Of a stretch of 51,175 nucleotides of DNA, positions 1 to 8,564 are shown piece after piece (position 1 is the first letter of the stretch; every line of letters begins with the position of its first letter). The DNA is taken from IMG/VR virus record IMGVR_UViG_3300020463_000032, positions 1 to 51,175 of that record. One strand, written 5' to 3'. The DNA is from a virus (lineage: Duplodnaviria > Caudoviricetes). The translations under genes were made by a program, and so were the position numbers. Under the pieces are notes generated by a model. That model saw nothing but the letters and a program-made list of their open reading frames with translations. It ran no database searches and was not told the origin of the DNA.

Positions 1-1
1 G

Positions 2-31
2 TAGACATATAATCAACTGTGGGTATATATT
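2..31 (+). promoter_or_regulatory. Putative sigma70-type promoter for the first early transcript
   Basis: TAGACA (2-7) followed by TATATA (24-29, 16-bp spacer) or TATATT (26-31, 18-bp spacer); lies at the window edge. Confidence 0.45.
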
Positions 32-40
32 TGACATAAG

Positions 41-433
41 GCCCCCTTTCGGGGGGCAGGGACTGAGAGAGTTAGTTCCAAGCGGTCGGGCTACCAAGCG
101 GACCCAGTAAAGGCGAGATCAGGACAGACGCTGCACCTCTTAGCAAAGGGCGAGTTTAGCACCTCGGAAATTCGATCTTCAAATCTCAGATACTTACGGC
201 CAGTAATCGCACCGTGAGTCTTGAAACAAGTGGGTCTTAACCCCACCTGAATGCAACCATCTTAGCCAGTCCAATAGGCGTCACTTAGTGAGAGCAGTGG
301 ACTGGGTAGCTTAGCCCCTGACTATCGGTCAGTTTAGGAAGCCTAGATCACGTGCTATCCGAAAGATAATGAACCGCTCCGCGGCTTCTATTCAGGTTCA
401 ATGAATTGGCAACGATTCATAATGGAATGCTAC
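41..433 (+). ncRNA. Candidate large structured non-coding RNA, family unassigned
   Basis: No ORF of 60 aa or more; more GC-rich than other intergenic DNA; helices at 41-57, 63-68/184-189, 192-199/212-219, 220-230, 230-246, 266-273/298-305, 318-332, 334-346, 356-368, 370-375/395-400 and 401-420 (GCAA loop). Confidence 0.65.
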
Positions 434-457
434 TTTTTAACCTTAACTTATTAACCT

Positions 458-517
458 TTCGAAACCGCTTAGGCGGTCTATACGAATTGATCACCGTATA
501 CTGACGAGATAGATCAC
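458..517 (+). ncRNA. Type II hammerhead ribozyme 1, predicted cleavage after C478
   Basis: C-GAAA, stem III CCGC-ttag-GCGG, GUC triplet, stem I TATACG/CGTATA, core CTGACGA-G; loop I TGATC is complementary to 3' tail GATCA (pseudoknot). Confidence 0.93.
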
Positions 518-553
518 TAACTTAACTTAAATCTTTTATTACAAAATAAAATT

Positions 554-898
554 ATGCCATCTACAGACAAACCAACATATTCTAACTTCAGAAAACATTC
601 CAATCTTCGCTGCTTTGTTGACCGTGACAGATTCCAAAGAGCCATATTATCAGGGGACATCGGAGGGGGTGCAATCCTTGTATCACCTCGGACTGCAACA
701 AGTGTGGGTACGTTCGAGGCCATCTACATCGGCTTTAACAGCCACAATGGAATGAACTATGTCGCTTGGAGGAGAGGCAATGAACCTCTTGAGAAATTTC
801 TTAAAAGAGCAGATAAGTTGGATGCCTATTACGACAGAGTCACCGCTTTCAGAAGCGAAGATTCGGAAGAGGCTGAAGGGTGGGCACCAAAGTTATAA
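554..898 (+). CDS. Hypothetical early protein, 114 aa, between hammerheads 1 and 2
   Basis: ORF follows the shared AT-rich leader; its TAA abuts ribozyme 2. Confidence 0.85.
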   Translation: MPSTDKPTYSNFRKHSNLRCFVDRDRFQRAILSGDIGGGAILVSPRTATSVGTFEAIYIGFNSHNGMNYVAWRRGNEPLEKFLKRADKLDAYYDRVTAFRSEDSEEAEGWAPKL

Positions 899-960
899 TT
901 CGAAACCGCTGCAAAGCGGTCCGTATGAATTGATCATCATACGCTGATGAGATAGATCAC
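899..960 (+). ncRNA. Type II hammerhead ribozyme 2, predicted cleavage after C921
   Basis: GAAA, stem III CCGCT-gcaa-AGCGG, GUC, stem I CGTATGA/TCATACG, CTGATGA-G, GATCA tail; compensatory changes relative to copy 1. Confidence 0.95.
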
Positions 961-985
961 CTTAACTTAAATCTTTTATTACAAA

Positions 986-1381
986 ATGAAATTAAATCTT
1001 AGACAAAATGGAATCAAATCTAAATGGATTCGCAGAGGCTTTGTGAAAATTGAAAACGATAAAATCAAATGGCTACATGAGCCAGAGGCAATGGCTTGCC
1101 GCTGGACTATTAATAAAGTATCTAAACATTTGACCTGCAACAAAGGCATAACTGATCAATTAAAAGATCGAGTAAAGATCAAAAATCAAATAGATGCAGT
1201 TAAACAAAAGGGCAGAATTAACACCCTATTTATGGGGACCGACTGCGATAATACGACATGGGAGCATCAGGTAAATATACCTGCTAACGTGATGAGCTTC
1301 ATTAAACTTTGGAATGATGAATGCGATAATTGCGAAGGCCAATTTCATGGAGGCCGTCCAGTACCTAATTGGGTGTCTTAA
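986..1381 (+). CDS. Hypothetical early protein, 131 aa, between hammerheads 2 and 3
   Basis: ORF follows the shared leader; TAA one base before ribozyme 3; DCD and CDNCEG motifs. Confidence 0.85.
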   Translation: MKLNLRQNGIKSKWIRRGFVKIENDKIKWLHEPEAMACRWTINKVSKHLTCNKGITDQLKDRVKIKNQIDAVKQKGRINTLFMGTDCDNTTWEHQVNIPANVMSFIKLWNDECDNCEGQFHGGRPVPNWVS

Positions 1382-1382
1382 A

Positions 1383-1442
1383 TTCGAAACCGCTTAGGCG
1401 GTCCGTATGAATTGATCATCATACGCTGATGAGATAGATCAC
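1383..1442 (+). ncRNA. Type II hammerhead ribozyme 3, predicted cleavage after C1403
   Basis: GAAA-CCGC-ttag-GCGG-TC, stem I CGTATGA/TCATACG, CTGATGA-G, GATCA tail. Confidence 0.95.
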
Positions 1443-1473
1443 TAACTTAACTTACTTAACTTATTATCCAATT

Positions 1474-1656
1474 ATGCCTAAATTATTAGCCCTTATTGAA
1501 AACGGTTTTATCACTGAATCTGAGGTAAAACTTGCAGCTACAAATTACGATTTGGACCCGATTATTAATGCCTTCGATGAGGCGGGCCAGTTCATTGAAA
1601 TTACTACTCTTGAAAGTGAATTGTTAAATCACTTCGAAGGTATCAGATACGACTAA
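1474..1656 (+). CDS. Small acidic hypothetical protein, 60 aa
   Basis: ORF downstream of ribozyme 3 with TAACTTAAC leader. Confidence 0.75.
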   Translation: MPKLLALIENGFITESEVKLAATNYDLDPIINAFDEAGQFIEITTLESELLNHFEGIRYD

Positions 1657-1698
1657 TTTCTTTTTAACAAAACTAAATAAACTTAACTAACTAAAATC

Positions 1699-2916
1699 AT
1701 GATTAATAGATTCGCTAACACAGCAAAAATTACGATAGCCCAATTAAAGTTGGGCTTTAAACTATGGACCGAAAATCTAAATTTCGTTACCATTGCAGGG
1801 CCATCAGGTGATGGAAAAACTGAGATTGCAGCCACCGAACTGCCTGAAGTTTTAGGCATTGAGGATTCTCGCCTACATACTGAAGGCGGAGATGTTTATC
1901 TCCTTAACTACACTGACAAAGGCCCTCAAGAAGCTGCTGGTTATGGCAAGGTGAATGCTGATGGAATCCATATGGATTTCACAGCACCTCGCGATTTACC
2001 TACCGTCCACCGCGTTAAGAATACAGGCAACGGTGATATCAACCGCCCGATCCTTTTAATACTTGATGAGTTCAGTCTATACGATTCAACAGTTCAGGGA
2101 ATGATCAGGCCCTTGCAAGCTCGGAAGGGCAAGCCAATGTTCGGGACCCATGAGCTCGCACCAAACATCAGAATCCTGCTCACTGGAAACCGTATTGAAG
2201 ACGGTTCACAGAATGCAACGGACCCTGATCAGGCCATCTTAACACGTGGAAAGTTTTTCATTATCGATAACAACTTCACTGACTGGTACAAGTGGGCCGT
2301 CACTAAAGATTGGGCAGTTCAAAATGATATACTCAATTTCCTCACATATGTGAAATCTTTAGGCGATACTATCCGCACTGAGGATGGCGAAACACGCCTG
2401 AAGATTGATGAGATTTTCAAGCCCACTATCCCAATGTCAGGCACTGTAAATCCTACAGCATGTCCGAGACAATGGGAGAATGTTTGCCGAGAGTTCAAGT
2501 CTATTCAGGATATGAGCATAACTGATTCTGAAAAAGAGGACCTCTTGAGAATGTCTTTAAATGGTGCGGTGGGAATCAATGTCACTGAAGATATCATGAG
2601 CTTTATCGAGTCCATAAAGGATGCGATTCCTAAATATCAGGATGTCCGCAATGACCTTAAATCAATGGCAGACTTTAGCGGTATTGATGCAATGGCGGTG
2701 CTTTCCATAGCAGCCCAACGCGCTATCAAAGAAGCTAAAAAAATTAGTGGATCTGATAAGCCTGAGCAGATCAAAAAAGATACAGGCCATGAAACGCAGC
2801 GCGGTTCTTTTGACTGGTTCACTGACAAGTTCATCGGACCTGCCACCAATAAAGAGATGGCCCGCTTCGCACTTGAGAATGTTCAGAGGTTCGTCCCTCT
2901 AAAAGATAACTCCTAA
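1699..2916 (+). CDS. AAA+ ATPase, MoxR/dynein-related type
   Basis: Walker A GPSGDGKT, Walker B ILLILDE, sensor-1 LTGNR, CPRQWE motif; vWA gene nearby. Confidence 0.85.
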   Translation: MINRFANTAKITIAQLKLGFKLWTENLNFVTIAGPSGDGKTEIAATELPEVLGIEDSRLHTEGGDVYLLNYTDKGPQEAAGYGKVNADGIHMDFTAPRDLPTVHRVKNTGNGDINRPILLILDEFSLYDSTVQGMIRPLQARKGKPMFGTHELAPNIRILLTGNRIEDGSQNATDPDQAILTRGKFFIIDNNFTDWYKWAVTKDWAVQNDILNFLTYVKSLGDTIRTEDGETRLKIDEIFKPTIPMSGTVNPTACPRQWENVCREFKSIQDMSITDSEKEDLLRMSLNGAVGINVTEDIMSFIESIKDAIPKYQDVRNDLKSMADFSGIDAMAVLSIAAQRAIKEAKKISGSDKPEQIKKDTGHETQRGSFDWFTDKFIGPATNKEMARFALENVQRFVPLKDNS

Positions 2917-2969
2917 TATTAACCTTAACTTATTAACTTTATTAAAAAATAAATTAACTAACTGTAATC

Positions 2970-3914
2970 ATGAAAATGAAATCATTCGACATTGAAAAGA
3001 TAAGCAACGGACTTAGCTCCATTGTAAACGTATATGTGAAGTTCACTTCACCTAATCTCAGCAAGAAAAACAGCAAGCTAATTGCTGAACTTGCTGATAA
3101 ATATAACACTGATGAGTCCAGTCTATTGGCCTCTGAAAAGTTATTCCTGAGACGAGATACGATCTTCGGAAAGCTCTCATCGAGCATCGTAAAATTTAAA
3201 ACTGCGGTGGCTGCTGATGAAAATAACAAGGGCCTTAAACTGCCTACGAATCCAATGACTGGGGCTATCGAAGTTCCTGCTGATCAGCTTATGAGAAAGC
3301 TAGAGATTCGTGACAAGTTCATCGGGCCTGAAGGTGAGTTCACCATCCTGAAGGAACGCCTTCGCGGTATATTCTCAGAGCTGAAAGCTGCCTCTAAACA
3401 GAGGCTCGGTAAGCTCGGTGAAGAGCATGACTGGGACTCATTCACTGAAGCAAAATTCGTGGATAAGTATACCCTGAAGATGCACTGGGTCCAGTCCACC
3501 TACGCGCTAAAAACTAGCCGTGACTTAGCCGTAGCTCAAGAGGTTGCTGACATCGCGACTGCGAATCAGCATGATGCAATGGTGAATCTTGCTAAAGGAT
3601 CTATCAGTAACTTGCTAAGTTCAATGACTGATGAGCTAAAGAAATCCCTATCGCAAGTCCGTGAGGGTGATCGATTCGGGCAGCTTGCATTCGATAGGTT
3701 CGGACGCGCATACAATGCCCTGAACTCTAAGAGTAAATCCTTTTTTAATAAAGGGGATATAACTGAGCTCGATGACTTGCTCGATAAGTTCAATGGCCTT
3801 GGCAAAATCAAGCGCGATAACATTGAAACAAAGACGCAGCGTAGTAAGACCGCTGACCGTATTGAGTCCGTATTGAGTGAGCATGATGACCTCATGGAGC
3901 AGCTCGGACTTTAA
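2970..3914 (+). CDS. Helical hypothetical protein of the AAA-vWA module (possibly DUF3150-like)
   Basis: 314-aa ORF between AAA and vWA genes; family guess rests on size and context only. Confidence 0.6.
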   Translation: MKMKSFDIEKISNGLSSIVNVYVKFTSPNLSKKNSKLIAELADKYNTDESSLLASEKLFLRRDTIFGKLSSSIVKFKTAVAADENNKGLKLPTNPMTGAIEVPADQLMRKLEIRDKFIGPEGEFTILKERLRGIFSELKAASKQRLGKLGEEHDWDSFTEAKFVDKYTLKMHWVQSTYALKTSRDLAVAQEVADIATANQHDAMVNLAKGSISNLLSSMTDELKKSLSQVREGDRFGQLAFDRFGRAYNALNSKSKSFFNKGDITELDDLLDKFNGLGKIKRDNIETKTQRSKTADRIESVLSEHDDLMEQLGL

Positions 3915-3927
3915 CCCTGAACCCTGA

Positions 3928-3955
3928 TCACTGCCCCCTAAACAGGGGGCGGTGA
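3928..3955. other. GC-rich hairpin without a following U tract
   Basis: TCACTGCCCCCT-aaac-AGGGGGCGGTGA followed by AAAAG; could be a stabilising hairpin or a weak terminator. Confidence 0.6.
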
Positions 3956-3962
3956 AAAAGAT

Positions 3963-3990
3963 TTGACATCAATAAACAATTAACTATTAT
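3963..3990 (+). promoter_or_regulatory. sigma70-type promoter of the vWA gene
   Basis: TTGACA-16 bp-TATTAT. Confidence 0.7.
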
Positions 3991-3995
3991 CCTAT

Positions 3996-4028
3996 CCTAA
4001 CTTAACTAACTTAACTAACTTAACTAAC
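3996..4028 (+). promoter_or_regulatory. Tandem CTAACTTAA leader repeat directly before ATG
   Basis: cctaacttaactaacttaactaacttaactaac-ATG; related motifs precede most early genes. Confidence 0.8.
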
Positions 4029-5597
4029 ATGGAAATTTTAGACATAAACCCTAAGAGCACCTGCCCTATGGTGAGGGCTCGTTATCAAGTCCTGAAGATT
4101 GTTTCAGGCGTACTAAAAACTATCGCGGGGACCGTTCAATTTGTACGCGATAATACTGTAGATCTTGCAGCGACTGATGGTAATTTCATATTCGTATCAG
4201 ACCGATGCTTCGTGATGGCTAAGAATGGTAAGTTCACCATCAATGGCAAGCGCGTCAGTGCTATCGCAGCATGGCGGACTGTAATTTTACATGAGTACCT
4301 CCACATTTTATTGGGACACTGCACATACAGAATGAGAGATCTTAATGCGAACCCTGCCACCAAAAACATAGCGATGGACCACGCGGTCAATCTGATGGCT
4401 CAGGAAATCGAGCGCACTGCTGACTGCTCAGTGCTCCGTGAACTAGGAATCATGGGCAACATCTTCCCAATCTTTGACGGCCTCTTTTGTGATGCTAAGT
4501 ACACTGATCAGGATGCTGAGACAATCCTTAATGACCTTATTAAAAAAGGAGATAAGGGTACTGACATCAATGAGCCTGAAGGTATCACGGACGGGGACAC
4601 CAATCCTGATGGTGATCCAACGGACGGTGACGGAGATGGTGATACTGATGCGGACGCTGATGGCGATGACCCAACGGACGGAGGTAGTGATGGTGAGGCA
4701 GATGGAGATGGAGATGGAGACGCAGATGGAGATGGAGATGGAGACGCAGATGGAGACGCAGATGGCGAAGGCGGTTCAGATGGAGACGCAGATGGCGAAG
4801 GCGGTTCAGATGGAGATGCAGATGGCGAAGGTTCAAGTGACTCTGGATCTGGAGCGGGTGGTCAGGTCAGTGACAATGTAAGATATCCTGATCTCGAAGA
4901 GGGCGAGACCCCTGAAGAGGCCGACGCGAAGGCCCGCAAGAAAATCAAAGAGGCCGTGAGGATTCAGGAGATGAGCAAAAAAGCGGGACTCGAAGAGGTT
5001 AAAGACGGACTGACTCGTAAAGTATCTGAAGCATTCACAGCTAAAGCTAAAGTACCGTGGCAAAAAGTTCTTACCAACTGGCTCAAGCGTACTCTCAGCG
5101 GTGGATGGGACAAGCCTCAGAACCTCCCAGTCTTAGGCGCGACTGATTTATTCAGCGCGGGCCGTGGATCTAAGAAGCTACCTGAGATCGCGTACATCAT
5201 CGACACTAGCTACTCAATGTCTGATGATGTAGTGAATGACGGACTCGATCAGCTTGAGAATTTGATGAGGCAGTACAAGCCTAAGAAGACTCACGTTATA
5301 TGCTGCTCAACTGAGGTCGAGCTCAACAAGTCCAGATCTTACTCCTCAAATCAGAGGATCGATAGATCAATCATCACGGGCGGTGGTGGAACTAGATTTG
5401 TCCCCGCCTTCGAATATGTAAAACGCTACCATCCGAATGTCGGTGCGGTGGTGTACATCACGGACGGTGAATGCGATCAGCGTAATCAAATACCTCAGCA
5501 CTTGTTACCTGCCAAGTTGCTATGGGTTGTTTACGGTGGCATGAAACCCGAACGCTTTAAGTTAGGTAAAGTAGTAGAAGCTCCACCAGTGAGCTAG
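4029..5597 (+). CDS. DUF2201-like putative metallopeptidase plus vWA domain protein
   Basis: HEYLH zincin motif, NIAMDHAVN, acidic Asp/Gly linker, MIDAS DTSYS, GGGGT and YITDG motifs. Confidence 0.88.
   Translation: MEILDINPKSTCPMVRARYQVLKIVSGVLKTIAGTVQFVRDNTVDLAATDGNFIFVSDRCFVMAKNGKFTINGKRVSAIAAWRTVILHEYLHILLGHCTYRMRDLNANPATKNIAMDHAVNLMAQEIERTADCSVLRELGIMGNIFPIFDGLFCDAKYTDQDAETILNDLIKKGDKGTDINEPEGITDGDTNPDGDPTDGDGDGDTDADADGDDPTDGGSDGEADGDGDGDADGDGDGDADGDADGEGGSDGDADGEGGSDGDADGEGSSDSGSGAGGQVSDNVRYPDLEEGETPEEADAKARKKIKEAVRIQEMSKKAGLEEVKDGLTRKVSEAFTAKAKVPWQKVLTNWLKRTLSGGWDKPQNLPVLGATDLFSAGRGSKKLPEIAYIIDTSYSMSDDVVNDGLDQLENLMRQYKPKKTHVICCSTEVELNKSRSYSSNQRIDRSIITGGGGTRFVPAFEYVKRYHPNVGAVVYITDGECDQRNQIPQHLLPAKLLWVVYGGMKPERFKLGKVVEAPPVS
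4698..4835 (+). repeat. In-frame tandem repeats encoding the Asp-Gly linker
   Basis: 24-nt GCAGATGGAGATGGAGATGGAGAC x2 and a 30-nt GDADGEGGSD unit about x3. Confidence 0.9.
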
Positions 5598-5603
5598 AAA
5601 TAA

Positions 5604-5642
5604 TAGCCCCCTCTTCATGGAGGGGAGGGGGCTAAATCTTTT
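5604..5642 (+). terminator. Probable intrinsic terminator
   Basis: TAGCCCCCTC/GAGGGGGCTA stem followed by AATCTTTT (imperfect U tract). Confidence 0.55.
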
Positions 5643-5664
5643 AACAAAAAATAAAATTAGATAA

Positions 5665-5982
5665 ATGAAAAATCATTACGTCATAACAACTCAATATCTT
5701 GAGAACTATGGAGCCCACTCTGGTAGTGGAAAGTTTTCTGATGGGCAAGCTCATTGGAAGTTCAAGGGCGGTGAGCAATACCTCATCTCCACAGAGTCAC
5801 AGCAGTATGCGGATGCGGTCGCATTCTTGACAGCTTATTTACATGAGAGTAATAACAGCGTCCACTCAAAAGAGATCGTGGTCTCATGGGATCATGAGCC
5901 ATTGGTAAACCCATCTAACGCAAAGGATGAAGGATATATAGCAATAGATATCGAGGAATATTTTAAACAAACTCAAAAATAA
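5665..5982 (+). CDS. Hypothetical phage protein, 105 aa
   Basis: TQYLENYGAH and WKFKGG motifs recall a conserved small phage protein family. Confidence 0.8.
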   Translation: MKNHYVITTQYLENYGAHSGSGKFSDGQAHWKFKGGEQYLISTESQQYADAVAFLTAYLHESNNSVHSKEIVVSWDHEPLVNPSNAKDEGYIAIDIEEYFKQTQK

Positions 5983-6243
5983 ATGAAGCAAGAAATAGTA
6001 AAAGAAGTTCGCCTCGATTACTTAGACCATGCGTATGATCTAATCAAATGGAGGGTTGATGATCTACATGGAGCGGATCACACAGGAGTAACAGAAGAAA
6101 GAGAGAATTTAGAAAAGACTCTAACTCTTTTGAATGACCTCGCTGTAGGGAACAAGTGGATAATACTGTCTAAAAAAATTACAAAGATCAACGAAATAAA
6201 AAACAAAGAAATCTCGATATGCTTACAATATTCTTCATCTTAA
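5983..6243 (+). CDS. Hypothetical protein
   Basis: Starts immediately after the previous stop. Confidence 0.7.
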   Translation: MKQEIVKEVRLDYLDHAYDLIKWRVDDLHGADHTGVTEERENLEKTLTLLNDLAVGNKWIILSKKITKINEIKNKEISICLQYSSS

Positions 6244-6503
6244 TCTGGATCTTATTAACGATCCTCTTCTTGCGTTTCTTCTACGTATCGAACCCACCTC
6301 AAAAGGTTAACACCATTTACGTGGGGTTAGATCACAACGAATGGAATGTCATACTTAAATGCATTGACCAGTGCATAAAGTCTGGTCCTCGATCTGATGC
6401 AGACTACGAAGGGTATCGTCCTCAAGAAGAGGAGGAACGCATAGCCGTGGGCCGTGAGATCGCGTACCAAGTTTGTAACCATATTGAATCTGAACTTAAA
6501 TAA
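6219..6503 (+). CDS. Hypothetical protein with N-terminal transmembrane helix
   Basis: Hydrophobic N-terminus LTIFFILIWILLTILFL. Confidence 0.7.
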   Translation: MLTIFFILIWILLTILFLRFFYVSNPPQKVNTIYVGLDHNEWNVILKCIDQCIKSGPRSDADYEGYRPQEEEERIAVGREIAYQVCNHIESELK

Positions 6504-6508
6504 TAACT

Positions 6509-6580
6509 ATGATAATTAACAAAGATAATCCCCATGATGACGAACCGATAGACATCTACGGTTCAGGCGATGAAGATTAA
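6509..6580 (+). CDS. Possible 23-aa acidic peptide
   Basis: MIINKDNPHDDEPIDIYGSGDED fills the gap between ORFs; below the ORF-track threshold. Confidence 0.4.
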   Translation: MIINKDNPHDDEPIDIYGSGDED

Positions 6581-6602
6581 ATAACTTAATTAATTTAAAA
6601 AT

Positions 6603-6899
6603 ATGCAGCCGATAACAATACCAACAATTGACTTTAAATATCATCAGGGATCTTATGCGCCTGACTGGTTTGATTCATGCGATCCTTATCATTATGCTAT
6701 TACAAGTGGCACTAGTCCCTTTAATGAGTATTACGGATTTAATAATGATGAAGACGTTCACAAACTGGCTCATTCATTTACAAGTCAAACTTTTATAGAT
6801 GACTTTGTGTTCCTCGAAGACAAAAACGCATGGCACTATTCCGAAGATATGACGTTAGCCGATGAAAGGGCAATGCTAGAAGCTGAATCAAGATTCTAA
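6603..6899 (+). CDS. Hypothetical acidic/aromatic protein
   Basis: ORF with TAACTTAA leader. Confidence 0.75.
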   Translation: MQPITIPTIDFKYHQGSYAPDWFDSCDPYHYAITSGTSPFNEYYGFNNDEDVHKLAHSFTSQTFIDDFVFLEDKNAWHYSEDMTLADERAMLEAESRF

Positions 6900-6935
6900 A
6901 AATATATCCAATCAAAATCTGAACTTAAATAATTT

Positions 6936-7166
6936 ATGAAAAAAATAATTAACGACTTCATTGATAGGACTCTGTTCATATCTCTTTGCTCATTACTTTT
7001 TATCCTTTTCCTGCTGATCGCTGCAATAGCGGGAGGCTACGTAGCGGACGCGAGGATCGCTGTAATGAGGATCAGTGGATTCGAGATGTTCCTTTGTCTC
7101 GTGATCCTTCCCGCAATCACTGCATCTATCTGGATGCTTGTCGATAAACTTAACGAGAAACATTAA
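6936..7166 (+). CDS. Small membrane protein with two TM helices
   Basis: Two long hydrophobic segments. Confidence 0.75.
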   Translation: MKKIINDFIDRTLFISLCSLLFILFLLIAAIAGGYVADARIAVMRISGFEMFLCLVILPAITASIWMLVDKLNEKH

Positions 7167-7183
7167 CTTAACTAAACTTAATC

Positions 7184-8557
7184 ATGAATAAATCATTATC
7201 TAGAAACGGGATGCATTTCAATCCCGACCAACAGCCTTATCCTTTTGACGAAGGATTTAATCCCGTAGGAATAACGGATTCTAAACTGAAAAGAAAATAT
7301 CTCGATGCTATATCTAGGGCATTTGTCCGCGCTGTTTACCGCTCAAACGGGTATGGGAATGCTAATAGCTACTGTAGAGAATTTAAAAAAGTAATTCATT
7401 CGAAGCTTTATAATTCTTTTTTTCCTAAAAGATTTAAGAACGTACCTGCTTTTTGTGACCCTCGTTTGTTTGGGGTGGCTAACTTATTTACTTATCTTGA
7501 GCACGGTACTAATACAACAGCAGCTAAAGAGGACGATGGTAAGGCAACGGCAGCATGGAGGGATCTTCATATAAACCTGTTGGGTTTTAACTACCCTGTT
7601 TATTTTCTTGATGAGACTACAGAACAAATGATTATCGATTCTAAGTTAGATCCTACTTTGACCTTAGCGGACATCGAGTTTGTATTGCCGAGCTTCTTAA
7701 TTTGTTTACCAAAAAAAGATTCATGTTCCTTATCGGCTCTACGAAAAGGAAAAGGCTCTGATTACATAGCTACTATTGGGGTAGCTAGATCTTTCGAGAT
7801 GTACAATTCAATCACTGATACTTACACTTCAAACCTCGATCAAGAATGGGAATACATGGGAGGATGTAACTCTCATAACATGAATAAGATGATAGTTGAA
7901 AGCGGGGATGGACCTTGGAGGGAGATAGGTGATGCAATGCTAGAACACTGGGCTAACATGGATATCAATGATGAGTCTGGAAGAGTAAATACATCTACCT
8001 TTCAAGATCCTGAAGTGACAAATAAAATGTGGCGATCAGGTCAGTATAAAATACAGCCCGTCCTTAACGTGGGTTGCGTTAGTGGAACTACGCTCAAACT
8101 TCCCGCCCGTTTCCGCATGGATGATCCAGTACCCGTTACTGAATTGATAGAATTAAATAGGGCTCTTGCCGATGAACTTCCCGACAAGGCGGAATTGATG
8201 ACATCAAACTGGACGGGCCCTCAGATGGCTGATATGCTTGAGTTTACCCTCAAAATTATGGCTTTCATGGCTGCTAAACCTGAAGAGGTCAGCACTGTAG
8301 CCAAACAAACTCAACCCGCTAAAGTTCGTAGAGGTTACACTCTTCGTGAATCTGAATGGAGTCCTAACATCATCGGCAAAAGGTACGGAGCTACTCTTCG
8401 TAGACAAGGGTACACTTCTGATGACGGGGACAAAGATAAGAACAGACCGCACTGGAGGAGAGCTCACCAAAGAAGACAGAGGTATGGTAAACATTCTGCC
8501 AAAGAGAAATTAATATGGGTCGATGCCGTCTTCGTGAATGACCCTGAAAAAGATTAA
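7184..8557 (+). CDS. Hypothetical protein with C-terminal PHWRRxH motif
   Basis: 457 aa; RPHWRRAHQRRQRYG...IWVDAVFVN tail of a kind seen in many phage proteins. Confidence 0.85.
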   Translation: MNKSLSRNGMHFNPDQQPYPFDEGFNPVGITDSKLKRKYLDAISRAFVRAVYRSNGYGNANSYCREFKKVIHSKLYNSFFPKRFKNVPAFCDPRLFGVANLFTYLEHGTNTTAAKEDDGKATAAWRDLHINLLGFNYPVYFLDETTEQMIIDSKLDPTLTLADIEFVLPSFLICLPKKDSCSLSALRKGKGSDYIATIGVARSFEMYNSITDTYTSNLDQEWEYMGGCNSHNMNKMIVESGDGPWREIGDAMLEHWANMDINDESGRVNTSTFQDPEVTNKMWRSGQYKIQPVLNVGCVSGTTLKLPARFRMDDPVPVTELIELNRALADELPDKAELMTSNWTGPQMADMLEFTLKIMAFMAAKPEEVSTVAKQTQPAKVRRGYTLRESEWSPNIIGKRYGATLRRQGYTSDDGDKDKNRPHWRRAHQRRQRYGKHSAKEKLIWVDAVFVNDPEKD

Positions 8558-8564
8558 TAGAATT

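Noticed and set aside
31-59. Perfect TTGACA at 31-36 as a promoter
   Set aside because: The expected -10 position falls in the GC hairpin (GGGCAG).
41-433. Group I intron, tRNA or tmRNA identity for the 5' structured region
   Set aside because: I could not find P7 consensus elements, a cloverleaf with T-loop, or interrupted exons by eye; a covariance search is still needed.
517-947. Track ORFs 517..723 (-) and 759..947 (+)
   Set aside because: They overlap the better-supported 554..898 gene and the ribozyme/leader sequences, and lack leaders of their own.
458-1442. Three ~60-nt repeats as a CRISPR array or attC sites
   Set aside because: Intervening sequences are 380-420-nt ORF-bearing segments and the repeats carry a complete hammerhead core; no cas1/cas2 or integrase.
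3109-3150. CTGATGAGTCC...GAAA as a fourth hammerhead
   Set aside because: No stem II closing pair before GAAA and no stem I/III; lies inside a CDS.
4474-4881. Alternative-frame ORFs with METQM repeats (+) and His-Leu repeats (4585..4836, -)
   Set aside because: Shadows of the Asp-Gly repeat in the vWA gene.
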